Of a DNA stretch of 64,000 bases, positions 45,791-58,800 are shown one piece after another. The position numbers and the translations under genes are program-made. Position 1 is the stretch's first letter. Every line of letters begins with the position of its first letter. The stretch is from assembly GCF_009834535.1 (NCBI RefSeq), contig NC_045732.1, positions 13,082,001-13,146,000 on the forward strand, read 5' to 3'. The notes below the pieces were generated by a model. That model did not search any database. It was given only the letters and a program-made list of their open reading frames with translations, and was not told the DNA's origin. The stretch is from Camelus ferus. Its lineage: Eukaryota.

Positions 45791-47561
45791 ATATATTCAC
45801 GGTACGTCCAGCATGTGATTCTCATATCCCTGACTTCACAGGGAGGCTGGAGGCAAATCCTGCAGCCCCCAGACAATACAGACAGAATTATGACAAATTG
45901 TATAAGCATGTGCAAATTGTCCGAATGATGTCGTGGGCTCCGGCTCCCCCCATGCCGGCACAACGCCTCTGCGGAAGGTCGGGCCAGGGCTTGCTCTGAA
46001 TTCAGTTGAGGCGATTACATTCAATTTGCTTAAATTCATCGCGCAGAGAGTCCCACCAGTGGACCTCTGTGGCATTAACAAGTTTATTTTCTACCAGAAC
46101 CGGGCTGCTTGGCACCATGCAGCCAGGACCTTGGGGAGTTGCAGGCAGGGGCCCTGGGTGTCTGGAGGGACATCTTCCACTGTGTTTCGTGTTTCGAGCT
46201 CCTGGGTGCAGGGATGCCCAGGGGTCCCCTGAGAGCACCTGAGGAATGTCCATAGGCCACCCGAAGGGCGGGAACCTCACCATGCAGGTACGCGGCCCTG
46301 AGTGCTTTGGAAATGGAGTTTAGCGGCTGTGGTCCATGTGATCTGAGCATGTCAGCCGTGAATGGGGACCTCAGGCTTCACCCCAGACTATAGCTGTGCG
46401 TGTATGACTATTTCCTACGTGTGTTCATCAGCCCCACCCTTTCCAAAACCTAAACCCCATGCAGGGGCCTAGCTGGCCATCTCAACTAGCTACCCTGGTT
46501 TCTGGGAACAGGGAATGGAGGCAATGATTTTTGAGGCTGCTTCCGGCTCAAACACCACATCACTCAACGCCGTCCCGAGGTGGCGAGTCTCCCCTGAACA
46601 ATCACTGTCCCGCGTGACGATGATGGTCCTATGGAAAGCCCGGGTCGCACATTTGGTGAGCACCAGTCAGGGCTCAATCCCGCACGCAGGGTCCCTGGTG
46701 GGGCTCCCCGAGCAGACAACCCCTGCCCTCTTTGCAGGCGAGGAGGCGGGTGCCTGGAGACCCTCCGTGATGGGCACATGGGCACCCGTGGAGGGCAGGG
46801 CGGAATTCCTCCAGGTCAGCCTGAATTTACCGCTGGATCCTGAGCCACCTGCCATGACCGTGTCTGAGATGAGCTTTCCAGACGTTGTTAATAACATAAC
46901 ACGTTGGAAAGGGACACAGTGTTCTTGGGGGCAGCCGGGAAGCCCTGGACCTTGGGGTCCCCAAATCCAGTTTTGCACCGGAGCTTGGTCCCTTGAACCT
47001 GGATGAGACGCAGGTAACGCTGGCTTTCGGAGACGCACTCCTCCACACAGAAGGTAAGCAGCCCTGGGGACCCTAGATGCGGTCTTAAGTTCAGACCCTC
47101 ATTGTCCCACAAGCCTGCTCAGTTCTCGGAAGGGACATTTCAGTCACGCAACTGTGCATCTCTCCACCCACGACGCCCAGCGGGGAAAGGGCAGCTGGAC
47201 ACAAAACAGTGGCCTCAAGCCCCCAAGGACAGGCTTCCTTCGTCAGAGAGAGAGTCACACGCTGCTTCGTGTTCCCGGGCCTCATGCTGGGGGAGGGGCT
47301 GGGCAGGGGCAGAGAGGACTGACGTGGTGTCTCACCCGCAGGGTCCCGGCTCCTCGGGCCCTTCCTGCTGTTCTTTCAGCTCCTGCACCTTCCCCACCTC
47401 GGAGATGCTGGCCCTCCCCGTGCTGGGTCTCTCCAAGGGTCCGCTACCCACACTGGGGACACCCAGGCTGCCTCTTGGCCCCCAGCTGGACACCTAACGT
47501 CAGAATCTCCAGAAGTAAGTGTGGGAATGTGGAGTTTTGACGACTCCCTCCTTTGGGGTCG

Positions 47562-47980
47562 GAGTGTCCTGGAGCCGTGATTACAAATGATCACAAACTG
47601 GAACTTAAAACAGCAGAAACTCATCCTCCCCCCGTCCTGGAGGCCAGACGTCTGAGGTCAAGGTGTCCCAGGGCCGCGCTCCCTCCCAAGGCTCCAGGGG
47701 AGGGTCCCTCCTGCCTCTTCCAGCTTCTGGGGGCCCCAGGCGTCCATCCCCGGGCTGGTGGCCGCCTCCCTCCCGTCTCTGCCTCCGTCTCCACGTGGCG
47801 TCTCCTCTGTGTCTGTGTCTCTCCTCTTCTGTCTCTTCTGAGGACAGTGTCATCGGATGCAGGGCCACCCTCCTCCAGGGTCATTTTATATCCTGAGAGA
47901 CAGCTTAACTGCAAAACCCATTTCCCCAATAAGACCCCATTTGAAATTTCCAGGGATTTGGGCACAGATGTGTCTTTTTT
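47562..47980 (-). mobile_element. MLT1C/D-like MaLR solo LTR (homogenised core copy 4)
   Basis: The reverse complement carries the shared core and the 3' part GGGACACCTTGACCTCAGACGTCTGGCCTCCAGGAC seen in the 16212 copy. Confidence 0.9.
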
Positions 47981-48199
47981 GAGCCCAGGCAGGGCAGTTG
48001 GAAGTTTATCAGAAAGCCACCAGCCTCTGCTCTGTCTGGCCAGTGACTGGGAAAAACACAGAAGCTGCTGACCAACATCTGCTGGGTCCAGCTGTAGCTG
48101 AAACATCAAAACGTAAGATGATTTGCAAAATAAGCAGCAGCAGGTGACAGAAAGGCCACTCTGAAAATAATAGAACACCCTGGGCATTCTGGAGAGGAT

Positions 48200-48435
48200 N
48201 NNNNNNNNNNNNNNNNNNNNNNNNNNNNNNNNNNNNNNNNNNNNNNNNNNNNNNNNNNNNNNNNNNNNNNNNNNNNNNNNNNNNNNNNNNNNNNNNNNNN
48301 NNNNNNNNNNNNNNNNNNNNNNNNNNNNNNNNNNNNNNNNNNNNNNNNNNNNNNNNNNNNNNNNNNNNNNNNNNNNNNNNNNNNNNNNNNNNNNNNNNNN
48401 NNNNNNNNNNNNNNNNNNNNNNNNNNNNNNNNNNN
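48200..48435. other. Assembly gap (236 N), followed by degenerate (TCTA/TCCA) sequence to about 48620
   Basis: Run of N. Confidence 1.
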
Positions 48436-48681
48436 CTTTTCATCCGTCTTTCTAGCTATCTGTCAAACAAGTGTCATCTGTCTCTCAAGCAAGTATCAAC
48501 AATCATCTATCAATGTATCATCATCTGTCTACCTATAATATACTTGTCGATCCATCAACTATATTGAATCTATCTGCATCATCCACTTAATCTAACTTCT
48601 ATGTACATATCTATCTTATTTTTTCCTTGCTTGTCTCTCTAAACGCACACAGAGACTGTCTCACACACACACTCATGTGTG

Positions 48682-48705
48682 CACGCACACACGCACACAC
48701 ACACA

Positions 48706-48745
<40 letters not shown>
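48682..48745. repeat. (CA)n microsatellite
   Basis: Long CA run with a few CG/AA interruptions. Confidence 0.95.
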
Positions 48746-48748
<3 letters not shown>

Positions 48749-51700
48749 TCGTATTTATAAGGGTCTGGGGGATTTAATCATCTAAGTGCCCATTTCAATT
48801 TGGTACTGATTATGTCCACAGTCAACACCATCCAATTAGCAGAAGTCATTTAAGCACTTGGAAAATCTTTGAATGTCTGTTTTCCTAAGCTTAGATCGAC
48901 AGCCTTCTGGCCACGAGGCCCCACACTGGGGGCGTGTGGGCAAACGTTACCCGATGAGCCGTGGAAGCAGGTGGCCTCCGCCTCAGATCAAACGTCCAGA
49001 GAGTGTCAACCTCTGTGCCGGGCGCTGCTTTCCTCTGAAAAGGTCAGGAAGGTTCCGGGGCAAAATGCACTTGTATATTTTTCATTGTTTGGACAAGAAA
49101 TTGAGAACAGATTCTGTCTATGATGGAAGAATGTCTGAGTTTATTTTTGAGCAGAGGTTTATTTAAAAAAAAAAAGCAATAAAAAGTAGCAAATTGGCTG
49201 GACTTCTTCAATACAGGGTGTGCTGAGTGGTGTTCAGGCAACGTGCACATCTCGAAACTTGAAACCATCCACGGGCGGTGGAGAGGGCCCTGCTCCACCC
49301 ATAGGTCAGCTGCAGACGTTGAAGAGTCTGTAACTGTTACGTTTAGAGAAGCACTAAAAGTAACAGTTACAGGGCTGTTTTAAGGCTGTGGGCCCACTTG
49401 TCCTAAGATCTCTGGAAATCCCAGCTCCCACACCTCTCAAGTAGACAGCCCCGTGCGTGCAAAGAACATGCTGATTTATGATAGAGACACAGCCCTCCTG
49501 CAAGCACCTGCCTGCGGACGCTCTGCTGTGGTCCACCGGAGCCCGCAGCGTGGACCAGCGAGTGCCTCTCCTTCCAGAACTTTGCACCCTCAGTTGCCTT
49601 TCACCACCTCTCCCCAGCATTCTCTGCATAAATCAGAATTAGGAAGGTCCGCTTCGCTGGCTGGGCAGACCCAGCGTTCAGGAACGCACCTGGGAAAAGC
49701 CGGTTGCATTCATGAGGAGGCAGATGAAGTAAAGATATTCTAATCTCGGCCAAATAGGGATGCCCTGGGCATCACTGGGGAGCGAGGCCTCTGCTCGACG
49801 TCCATCAACAGACTTGCAATATGTCCTTCACTTCCCGCCCTGCGAGTCTGAGGTTTGGCTGAATGACAGGACAGGCCACAAAGCTTTGCAGCTTTGAGAT
49901 GATTAGCATTTATCCCATGGGCTGCGTGGTTCTGATCTGGGGCTCTTGGCCACGGGCAGGGTGCTCCCGGTTCTGTGGGTCTTGCCTTCACGTCTTGGCT
50001 CCACGGGGCTCTTGGACTTGTCCCCCTGGAGGTCTTGGGAGCCCACAGAGCAGCTCAGGATGACGGAAATCAGTGTTCAAATACTTGTACGTCATTTCAC
50101 GTTTGTTTCCAGACCCCTGGCCAGAGCCAGTCCCGGGGTTAAACCTGGAGTCTGTGGGGTTGCAGGGAATCCACTTTCTCCGACCACACCGGACTTCACT
50201 TCTGAGATCTCCCAGGGGTCCAACAGAGGTGCCAGTCCTCTGGGGCCCACATTCACGTCGCGGCCAGATCCACGAAGGAACGGGGCGGGGAGGGCTGCAC
50301 CTCCATCCCTATCTGTTTGAAGAAGCCAGGACGATGCAGCCTTGCTTCTGGGTGGCCACGTGTCCAGCCGAAGAGCAGAGATTCTGATGCTGTGAAAAAC
50401 AGAACCTGGGGTATCGGTGGTCCCCTGACTCTGCTCATCCATGGAAACGTCTCAGGCTAGTAAACGTCATGAGGACCTTGAAAACACCCAACCACCAAGT
50501 TCTTTTTGTGTTTTCCATACACCTGCCCATCACATATTCAACCTGGGAACCAGAAGCAGGAGCTCCTGCGTGAGGTTACAGGGCATCACTGATAGTTGGA
50601 ACCCTGAAAACTGCATTCTGAGGCCCATGGTCCCCCTCGCCCGAGAAGCCCCATCGGATGCTGGCACCCAGGTATTGCAACGTCCTAACTATCAGAGACT
50701 TCAGAACATCCACGATAAAAAGGTGTTTCTACGTGTGTTGACGTCACTGCAGATTTGCCTGGGAAGCTGGTATCAATGGACATGGACGAGCGAAACTGAC
50801 CCAGCGGCCAAGGCAGAAGACACTCAACCAGAGTCCCTGGGGCAGGCTTGACCTGCAACTCCAACCTCGTGAATTCCCTGAGGGTTCGTGGTCTTCCGAG
50901 GTGGCAGAGCTGGTAGGAATGTGGGTCTTCACTTCCCCTGAAGTCGGTCTTCCCCAGATGCTCTTAGCACCCACTTAGGAAGGTCCTCAAATCATCCACC
51001 TGGTTCTTCTCAACTCCCCGGTCAAGATGGAATTTGGAGAAACCAGCCCCAGCACCTGGCTTCTTGCCACCCCTACGGATCTGGCCGGGGCTTCTGCTCT
51101 CCCAGCCTGCCCCGCCCCCAGCTCCAAGAGCGGATTCTGATCTCAGTCACACCCCAGATTTGCGGGACCACGTCATGGTGCACACGGCTCAAAGCGCATG
51201 TCCCTTCGGAAGACCAGCGTTGAATGAAATGCACGTGGCACTGTGAATGCTAGAACTTTTGGAAACAATTCTCTGAACACTTCACTTGGAGGCTTAGCTT
51301 CTGTTTGGGTAAACACACTCATCCTTGTAAACAGGTTTTGAAAGGTCCGATTTGCTTCACGGATGATGAGGAATGAATCAAACAGGGATTCTTTGCCAAA
51401 CTTCTCAGGAATCCAGGAGCCCAGAATCATAGTCATGACGTCTTGTGATGCTGTAACCCGGGGGGGATTCCAACCATCGCCCGCTGTCCCAGCAGGGAGC
51501 CCGTGACAGCCACAGGTGGCATCTGACTTCTATTTCTGTAGGGTGGAAAGGACAGTAATGTGCTCATAAATCAGAGTGCTTTTCGGAACGGGAACAGGAC
51601 TGGGGGAACAGGCTGACTCAACACAGCTCGGTGTTTAGAATGAGAAGCTGTAAATCTCCGACTTTTCCTCCTCACCCTCCGAATCGCCTTGGGCAGTCTC

Positions 51701-52067
51701 CCCGACAGCGCCTGTGAAGTTCCCTATCCTCTTCCTTAAGATGCCGGCGCGGTTCTCTGACATGTCTCGTGGTTGTCTGGGGATAAGCTGAATTTTAACA
51801 TGAAAGGGCTATGTGAAGATGGGTCCCTCTGCAGAAAAGCAGCCAGGTCTTTGCTCTGCAACTGTGAATGTGCCGTTTTCCTTCCAGATAATTTTGCAAG
51901 GGGGGTCTTTTTTTGATATGAGAGGGGGAAAAAATGTCCATCAAGGAAAAGCCACTAGGTTCCAATCCCAGCTCGGACACTTCTCAGCTGGCGCCAATCA
52001 CCTGAGCTTTTTGGATGTCCTGTTTCTTTCTGTATATTATATCTGGTTCCTTGGGCCATCAGAAGTG

Positions 52068-52340
52068 ATTACAAACTTATGGTTACCGGGGGTGGGGGAA
52101 GGTGGTGGGGAGGGATAAATCGGGGGTTTGAGATCTGCAGGTATAACTACTATACATAAAATAGATGAACAACAAGTTTCTTCTGTACAGCACAGGGAAC
52201 TCTATTCAATATCTTGTAATAACCTTTAATAGGAAAGAATATGAAAATGAATATATGTACGTAAATGCATGGCTGGGACACTGTGCTGTGCACCAGAAAT
52301 TGGCACATTGTAACTGACTGTAGTTCAATTTAAAATAAAA
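52068..52340 (+). mobile_element. Young camelid-type LINE-1 3' end
   Basis: CAAACTTATGGTTACCGGGG...GGGATAAATCGGGGGTTTGAGATCTGCAG...GGGACACTGTGCTGTGCACCAGAAATTGGCACATTGTAACTGACTGTAGTTCAAT. Confidence 0.9.
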
Positions 52341-53200
52341 CACCTGATTCAAAAATGAACAAAGGACCTGAATAGACCTTTCTCCAAAGAAGATGCACAA
52401 ATGACTAATAAACACATGAAAAGCTTCTCAATGCCATTTGTCAATAAGGATCTGAAAAGCACCATGAGACACCCCTAGGATGGCCATGACCAAAATCGAA
52501 ACAAAAGGAGAAATGGGAATGCTGGGGCACCACTGGTGGGAGTACGAGATGGTGCAGCCATCACTCAAAAATATTAAATGTAGACCTACCACACTTTACA
52601 GAAATTGTACTTCTGGGCACATGAAAGCATTGTAAGCAGAGAGCTGGACATTTATTTGGACACCCAGGCTTACAACAGCATCATTCACAAGAGCCAATAG
52701 ATGGAAACAATGCAAGTGTCCACCGATGGGTGGATGGATGGATAAACAGAATGTGGTCCACTCACACAGTGGAATATTATTTAGCCATGAAAAGAAGGGG
52801 AGTTCTGACACCTGCTACCACACAGATGGACCTTGAGGACACGATGCTTAGTGAAATAAGCCAGACACGGAAGGACATGTACTGTAGGATTCCACTCCTA
52901 TGAGGTCTGTAGAGGAGTCAAGTTCATAAAGACAGAGAGTAGAAGGATGTTCCCAGGGGCTGGGGAAGGGATGGGGTGTCAGTATTTAATGGGGACAGAG
53001 TTCCTATTGGAGAAGATGAAAAAGTCTGGGGGTGATAGATGGTTGCACAACAGTGTGAACGTCCCTAATGCCACTAAATCATACACTTAAAAATAGTTAA
53101 AGTGGTAAATTTTATGGTATATTTTATATACCATATGGTGTATTTTATATTTTGTAGTATATAATTTTGTGGTGTATTTTACCACAATAATAAAAAAATT
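52341..53200 (+). mobile_element. L1MB-like fragment (ORF2 end plus 3' UTR), consensus-like rather than GC-shifted
   Basis: AAAGGACCTGAATAGACCTTTCTCCAAAGAAGATG...GGAATATTATTTAGCCATGAAAAG...CACTTAAAAATAGTTAAAGTGGTAAATTTTATG...TTTTACCACAAT. Confidence 0.9.
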
Positions 53201-53352
53201 ATTAAAATCAAATATAACTATTAAAAAAGTGAGTACTTTTGTCCAGGTCAGAAAAATCAGGAAGCTTCTTGCTTCTCTGCAGCTTTCAGAGTTCTTGGTA
53301 ACCCTAATCCCACACACCCTAGAGAGGGGGGTTAAAAGGGTCTATCCTTACT

Positions 53353-53559
53353 CATCTCCCCTCCCCACCTCTCTCTTTCATCTCCCCTCCCCCACTTCCC
53401 TCCTCATCTCCCCTCCCCATCTCTCTCCATCATCTCCCCTCCCCCACCTCTTATTCATCTCCCCTCCCCCACCTCCCTTCTCATCTCCCCTCCCCACCTC
53501 TCTCCTTCATCTCCACTCCACCTCTTTCCTCATCTCCCTCTCCTGCTCCCACCTCCTCC
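53353..53559. repeat. Pyrimidine-rich minisatellite, about 26 bp x 8
   Basis: CATCTCCCCTCCCC(C)ACCTC(T/C)n units start near 53353, 53379, 53405, 53431, 53456, 53482, 53508 and 53531. Confidence 0.92.
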
Positions 53560-54537
53560 ACTTTTGCAGAGAGTGAGGGTTTTTTTCTTCCAAACTGCAA
53601 TTCACTTTTCCCCCAAATCCAGCCCTCACCTCCCCAAAACCCTGAGCAACCCCATCCTTCCAAGGGACAAGCTTGAATTGGAGCCGGCAGAAAATGCTTT
53701 CCTGGGAATCTCTTTCTGAGCAGCTGTTGGAGGGCCTTCACAGGACGCTACATAACTTCCCTTAATCAGATCGCAGCAATCAGCTTGGAAAATTGTCCCA
53801 TATGTCGGAGCATGGAGCAGGGGCCCCGGGTTACGGCCGGGACACAGGCCACACCGAGGTTAAGGTCTGGATACAATTAGAGGCGGGATCCAGGCATCTC
53901 AATGGCGCTTCAGGGACCAGTTGGTCCTGAGTCACCTATAATTGCACGCTCGGAAATTACTCACCCTGAAATTGCTGGAGGCGGGGACGTGCTCTGCCCA
54001 CACATGTTCCCTGAGGATGAGGAGGGGCCGGGGGGAAAGTGTTGGCTGTGTGGAGGTGGGGCACCTGTGATGTCTCAGGAGAAGCCCAAGTGACCCCGTG
54101 GGCCTGTTCCAAGAGTGGCTGATGGGTCAGGTGGGCTCGGGCTGCTCAAGGCCCCACCTTGGTCCCTCCCTTGAGATGCTGTCTGTAATTTCTGCATGTT
54201 CTATGCCTTTAGAGTAAAGATGGTCCCTTATCCCTGGACCTCTGGGTGGACAGGGCTGGGCTGTTGCCATGGAAGTGGCCCTGCCCTGTGTGCTCAGAAG
54301 GCCAGGTGGACCCCTGTGTCTGGCACTGCCCAGCTGGGTGAATGCTGCAGCAAGTCATTTCTAAAACTCTGTTCCTATCTGCTGAGCAAACAAGGAAAAA
54401 AAATGATGAACTAATGTTGGGTTGGCCCATGGCTCCAAATAGCTAACAGAGAAAAGCATCCTGTCTTATTTATGAAATTTTCAGATTTTCTAAGAATAAA
54501 AATATTGAATTAATTAAAAGATACATATGTCTGGAGG

Positions 54538-55049
54538 TGCTACTGAGTCCAAACTTGTTCTGCTGCCTAGACGGCAGGCCAGTAAATTGGGAGACAAGGT
54601 GCTGGAGCAAGGAATAATGACTTCATTTGGAAAGCCAGCAGACTAAGAAGATGGGGGACTCATGTCCTGGAGAACCATCTTCCCCAAGTCCAAATTCAGG
54701 CTCCTTTTATACTAAAAAGGGGAGGGGGTGTGGTTGGCTGTTGCAAACTTCTTGGTGTTGGAATCCTTTGTTCTTGCAGCTGTCCACGTGGTTCAGGTCA
54801 TGATGCCCCTATAAACCTTCAACAAGATAAATGTTATTTTCTATTCTGCAACTTTTTATCTTTATATAAGTGCAAAAGTGTTAATACCCTTAAAGGCTTG
54901 AGAATAGGCTATTTTGTATACCTCAGGCTCTATGCAACATTCTTTTACAGAAGGTGCAGAACCAGGAAAACTCAACGCAGGAAACAGCACAGGGTTGGAG
55001 CTAAAGGAACAGATCTCAAATGGAGTCAGATGTGTCCTTCCCTGTTACA
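54538..55049 (-). mobile_element. Intact ERV1-type solo LTR (512 bp) with 4-bp TSD GAGG
   Basis: Termini are TG(CTACT)...(GTTA)CA, and GAGG occurs at 54534-54537 and 55050-55053. TATAAAA lies on the minus strand at 54705-54711. It resembles cetartiodactyl ERV1 LTRs. Confidence 0.9.
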
Positions 55050-55489
55050 GAGGCAACCTCGACTTGTTTAAAGAAGTCCAATTTGATCCATCTACATTAG
55101 GAAGTGAATAAAGCAGAAAAATAAGAAGAACCATTTGGAAAATGTGGCACGTGGCCGCATTCATGGAACGCCACAGCAGGCTGGGAAGTGCATGCGGCCT
55201 TGCAGGGAGGGGAGCTGCAGGCCCTGGGTGGAGGTCTTCAGGTACGTCTGCTGAGACGTCCCCACGGTGGGAGCAGAGGGGAACCTGTAAGTTACCTTCC
55301 CCACTGTTCAGTACTTTCCCATTCCTAGACCTCCCCCTTCACTGTCCCCCCAGTTGCTAGAGACATTTGCTGTGGACTCCCTCAGCAGTGAGATGATCCC
55401 TGCATCTGTGCTGAGCCACCTGACCCCCAACCCGTAGGACGGTCCACGAGGGAGAAATGGAACAGGGCAGAGTCAGCCCTTCCTCTCAC

Positions 55490-55842
55490 ACCTATGTGCA
55501 GCTGTGGGATAAAGCTTGAACCCATGTAAAGTGAATAGAAGTGTCTCAGGCCAATAAGATCACTTATATTTTTTTTAAAGAGTAAGGGTGAGTTCTTCTC
55601 TCCTCTTTTCCTTCTGGTTGGAATGCAGATGTGAGGGCTGGAGTCCATGCAGCTATGTTGGACCATGAGTAGGAAGTCACATGCTGAGGCTGGTGGAGCC
55701 TGACATCCTGGATTTCCATGATAACCTTGAACTCCTCAATCTGGCTTCCTATCCCATCAGAGAGAAATAAACTCTCATCTCATTTATGTTCTTATTATCT
55801 GTTTGTTTTCATCATATTCTGTTAAACCAAGCCCAAATACTA
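55490..55842 (+). mobile_element. MLT1J-like MaLR LTR remnant
   Basis: GGAATGCAGATGTGAGGGCTGGAG...TTGGACCATGAG...GGAAGTCACATGCTGAGG...GAGAGAAATAAACT. Confidence 0.65.
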
Positions 55843-58800
55843 GCATATAATTTTTTAAATTAAAAAAAAAATGTATTGAAGTACAGCCAGTGACAACGTG
55901 CCAATCTCTTTGTGTCTGATTCATCCCCAAGCCCCCGGCACCAACAATTTGCCTGGTAACGTAGAAATGTATTAACTGAATTGCCGCCTCCCTGTCAGGG
56001 TTACTATAATGCTCTGCGAAGTGGCTTCGGAATTAATGTTCTTACCCTTTGTGTTTGTAAAATAAACACTCTTATTTCTTGGAAGGGAGTAAGTGAGGCT
56101 TTCACAAGACCCTTGGGGTGTGTTTTTCTTACATCAGTAGCGGCGGCTCAGGCCGAGCACGGTTTCCTGGCCCTAAGCACTTCCTGGCTGGAGTAATGCC
56201 TCTCCCTGAGGGTTCCCCCTCCCGGCCATTCCCACTTCAGCCTCCCCTCCCTGGAGTAATCTCCACGTGACATCATTTTCATCTCCCCACACTTTACTAC
56301 AAAATCTCCCAGGTCTCTCCTCTGCCTGGAGCAAAGATTGCGAAACGTGGGGCCCAGGGAAGAAAATTCAAGCATCTTTAGCTGCAAACAAACTTTCGGT
56401 CCGTGAGACCAGATGGGACCCCACATGCCTTTTGCCAATCACCCTCATTGCTATAGTTGGCCACTTCCCAGAACGTAACCCACACACGAAACATATTTTC
56501 CATCCTTGGTCTCAAATATAAATTCTAAAAATTTTAGTGCCACGCTCCTGGTCCTCTGCGGTCTGACCCAGTCTTGTGTTCCAACAATAGCCCTTCTGAG
56601 AGCTTTGGGGAACCGTCTGCTCGGGAACCCCCATCCCCGCTCTTTTGCCCTCAGCGTGCTTTGCGAATTTCCGTGTGCTCCTTCGCTGAACAACCCAGAA
56701 GCAGGTCCTGAGGCTCTCTTGAGTACCGGGTGCTGTTCTGGGTCCTGGAGGGAGATGTCGCAGTGAACGAAACAGGCGAAAGTCCCTGCTGCTACTGACG
56801 TGGCTTTGTGGCGGCGAACAACGTGGTTAAGTGAAAGAGTGGCTACGCGGTGACTGGAAAAATCGAGCAGGAAGCGGGTGGTGGGGAGGGCTGGTAAAGT
56901 GACCGGCAGATTTGGTCTACAGACATTTGCACATAGGGACCCCCCCCCCAGCTCCGGACACACGCAGCCAAGTGTCCACCTCTCCCAAACCTTCCATAGC
57001 TCCCCAACGCTCACCCTGTCCCTGAAGCCATCCCTGCTCTAGGTTGACCCGCCCGATACCAAGACGTACAGAAAGGCAACTTCCAGGTCACATGAGCCAA
57101 ACGGATGTCTCTTTAGTTGGACACAGAATCGTGCCCACTTGGAAACCCAGGCCCCCAGAGGTCCAGCCCTGCTGACCTCTGTGTTTGCTGTTCCACACTC
57201 CCCAGGGGTTTCTACCTCACGAAGGAGAAATGCATTCCAGGCTTTTCCCCCGTGGGACAGTGATGGATGACACCTGCTCCCACGTCAGCTCTGGGATGAG
57301 GCGAGGGTGCGCCTCCTCCCCGCCACCTCCACCCCCGCCACCTCCCCCCTCCGCCACCTCCCCGCTGCTATCGGATGCAAATGCATTCACACGCGTTTAA
57401 TATTTACAGCATAAGGAGTGGGCGTTTACCAAAGCAAACATGCCATGATGTCGTGGGGAGAATATTGATAGAAAATCAAAGCGTTCTAAAGCCAGCCAAC
57501 GTCCCTCCACGTCCTAAAGCCTCTTTGATTAATTTTAAGACTTTCCTCCTTGAAAAGCATCCTGGAAGATGGTTATGGATCTGTGAAGCGGTGAGGTGGC
57601 GATCCACCATTCCTCAGGTAAACCATCGTCTTGTGACCCGGACGGGGTGGGTGACTAAGCTGATGTGATTTACGTCCCTGAAGGCACCCACGTGCTCTGG
57701 ACCTCACTCCCCGTGACTGAGCGTCTCCCGGCCAGCAGGCCCCTGATGTCGGGGCAGAAGGCAGCACAAATTCCTCTCCTGCCACCCCCCCCCCCCCGTC
57801 ACTCTCAGGGGAGCTCGGTGGGGATTCAGGGAGGAGACCCGGATGAGGTGCATGGCGGAGTAGGGCCAGCTGTCCCTCCCTCAGGAATCCACGGGCCCCA
57901 GAAGCAATGCCTTCCCTGGGACAGAAGGGGAGCCCTCTCAGCTATTTGCAAGAGCCACTTTGAATGTCGGGTGACGGTGCCTGGCTTAAAGTGACAGAAA
58001 CGGGGCTCAAAATTTCTAAATTGGAAGAAGTGTCATTAAGCCCCAGCCCTGGGACTCTCCTGTTCCTCGACCCCATTGCAAGCCCATCCTGCAAGACTGA
58101 GATCTGCCGATACCTTTAACCCTGCGACAGGCAGCTCTAAGAGGGAGCCCGTGAGAGTTATTATGACTAGTATCATTCATCAGGAAAAAGAGATGAGATT
58201 GAGGTTAGTCATTACAATGCGGCCATAAGAAAGGAATCTCACTGGACAGACTGGGGCTGCCTGAGGATGCAAGAGACTCCACAAATGCCAAGACATGACG
58301 GAGTGTAACAGTCAGCACCGAGGGCGTTCATGGCTGCCGTAACAAGCATGCCCCCCCCCCCCCAGGGAGCCTCACTTGGGAGGGAGAAGATGAGCTCATA
58401 AATACCCCTGCGTGAGGCCCACCCTTTTGTGCTAAGAGACCTAATGGTCAACAGATCGGCAGCACCCTGGGGATGGTGAGATATCCCCAAAGAAGAGTTA
58501 GACGTAGCCATGTGATTTCTTGCTGCAGAAGAAAAATCACCGAGGAGAAGAGATCGGCTTTGGCTCGGAATGCAAGAAGTCCGGAAGGGAAATGAGTCGG
58601 TGTAGCCGATACTGAAGATGGCTAGGCCAGGACGAGAGCGATTTCTTAGAAGACGTCATCTGCCTTCTGCTTTCCCATATCCCACGGATTACACCGACTT
58701 GGAAACTGCCTCCAAGAATGCCGAATCCCCGTGTTTCTGACAAGCGGAGGGCTCGCAAATCAATAACCCAAACACTGTGCAGGTTAGAACTTGATTCTTT

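Noticed and set aside
49330-51300. Possible MER5/MIR-like remnants
   Set aside because: The similarity is too short and weak to call without a database search.
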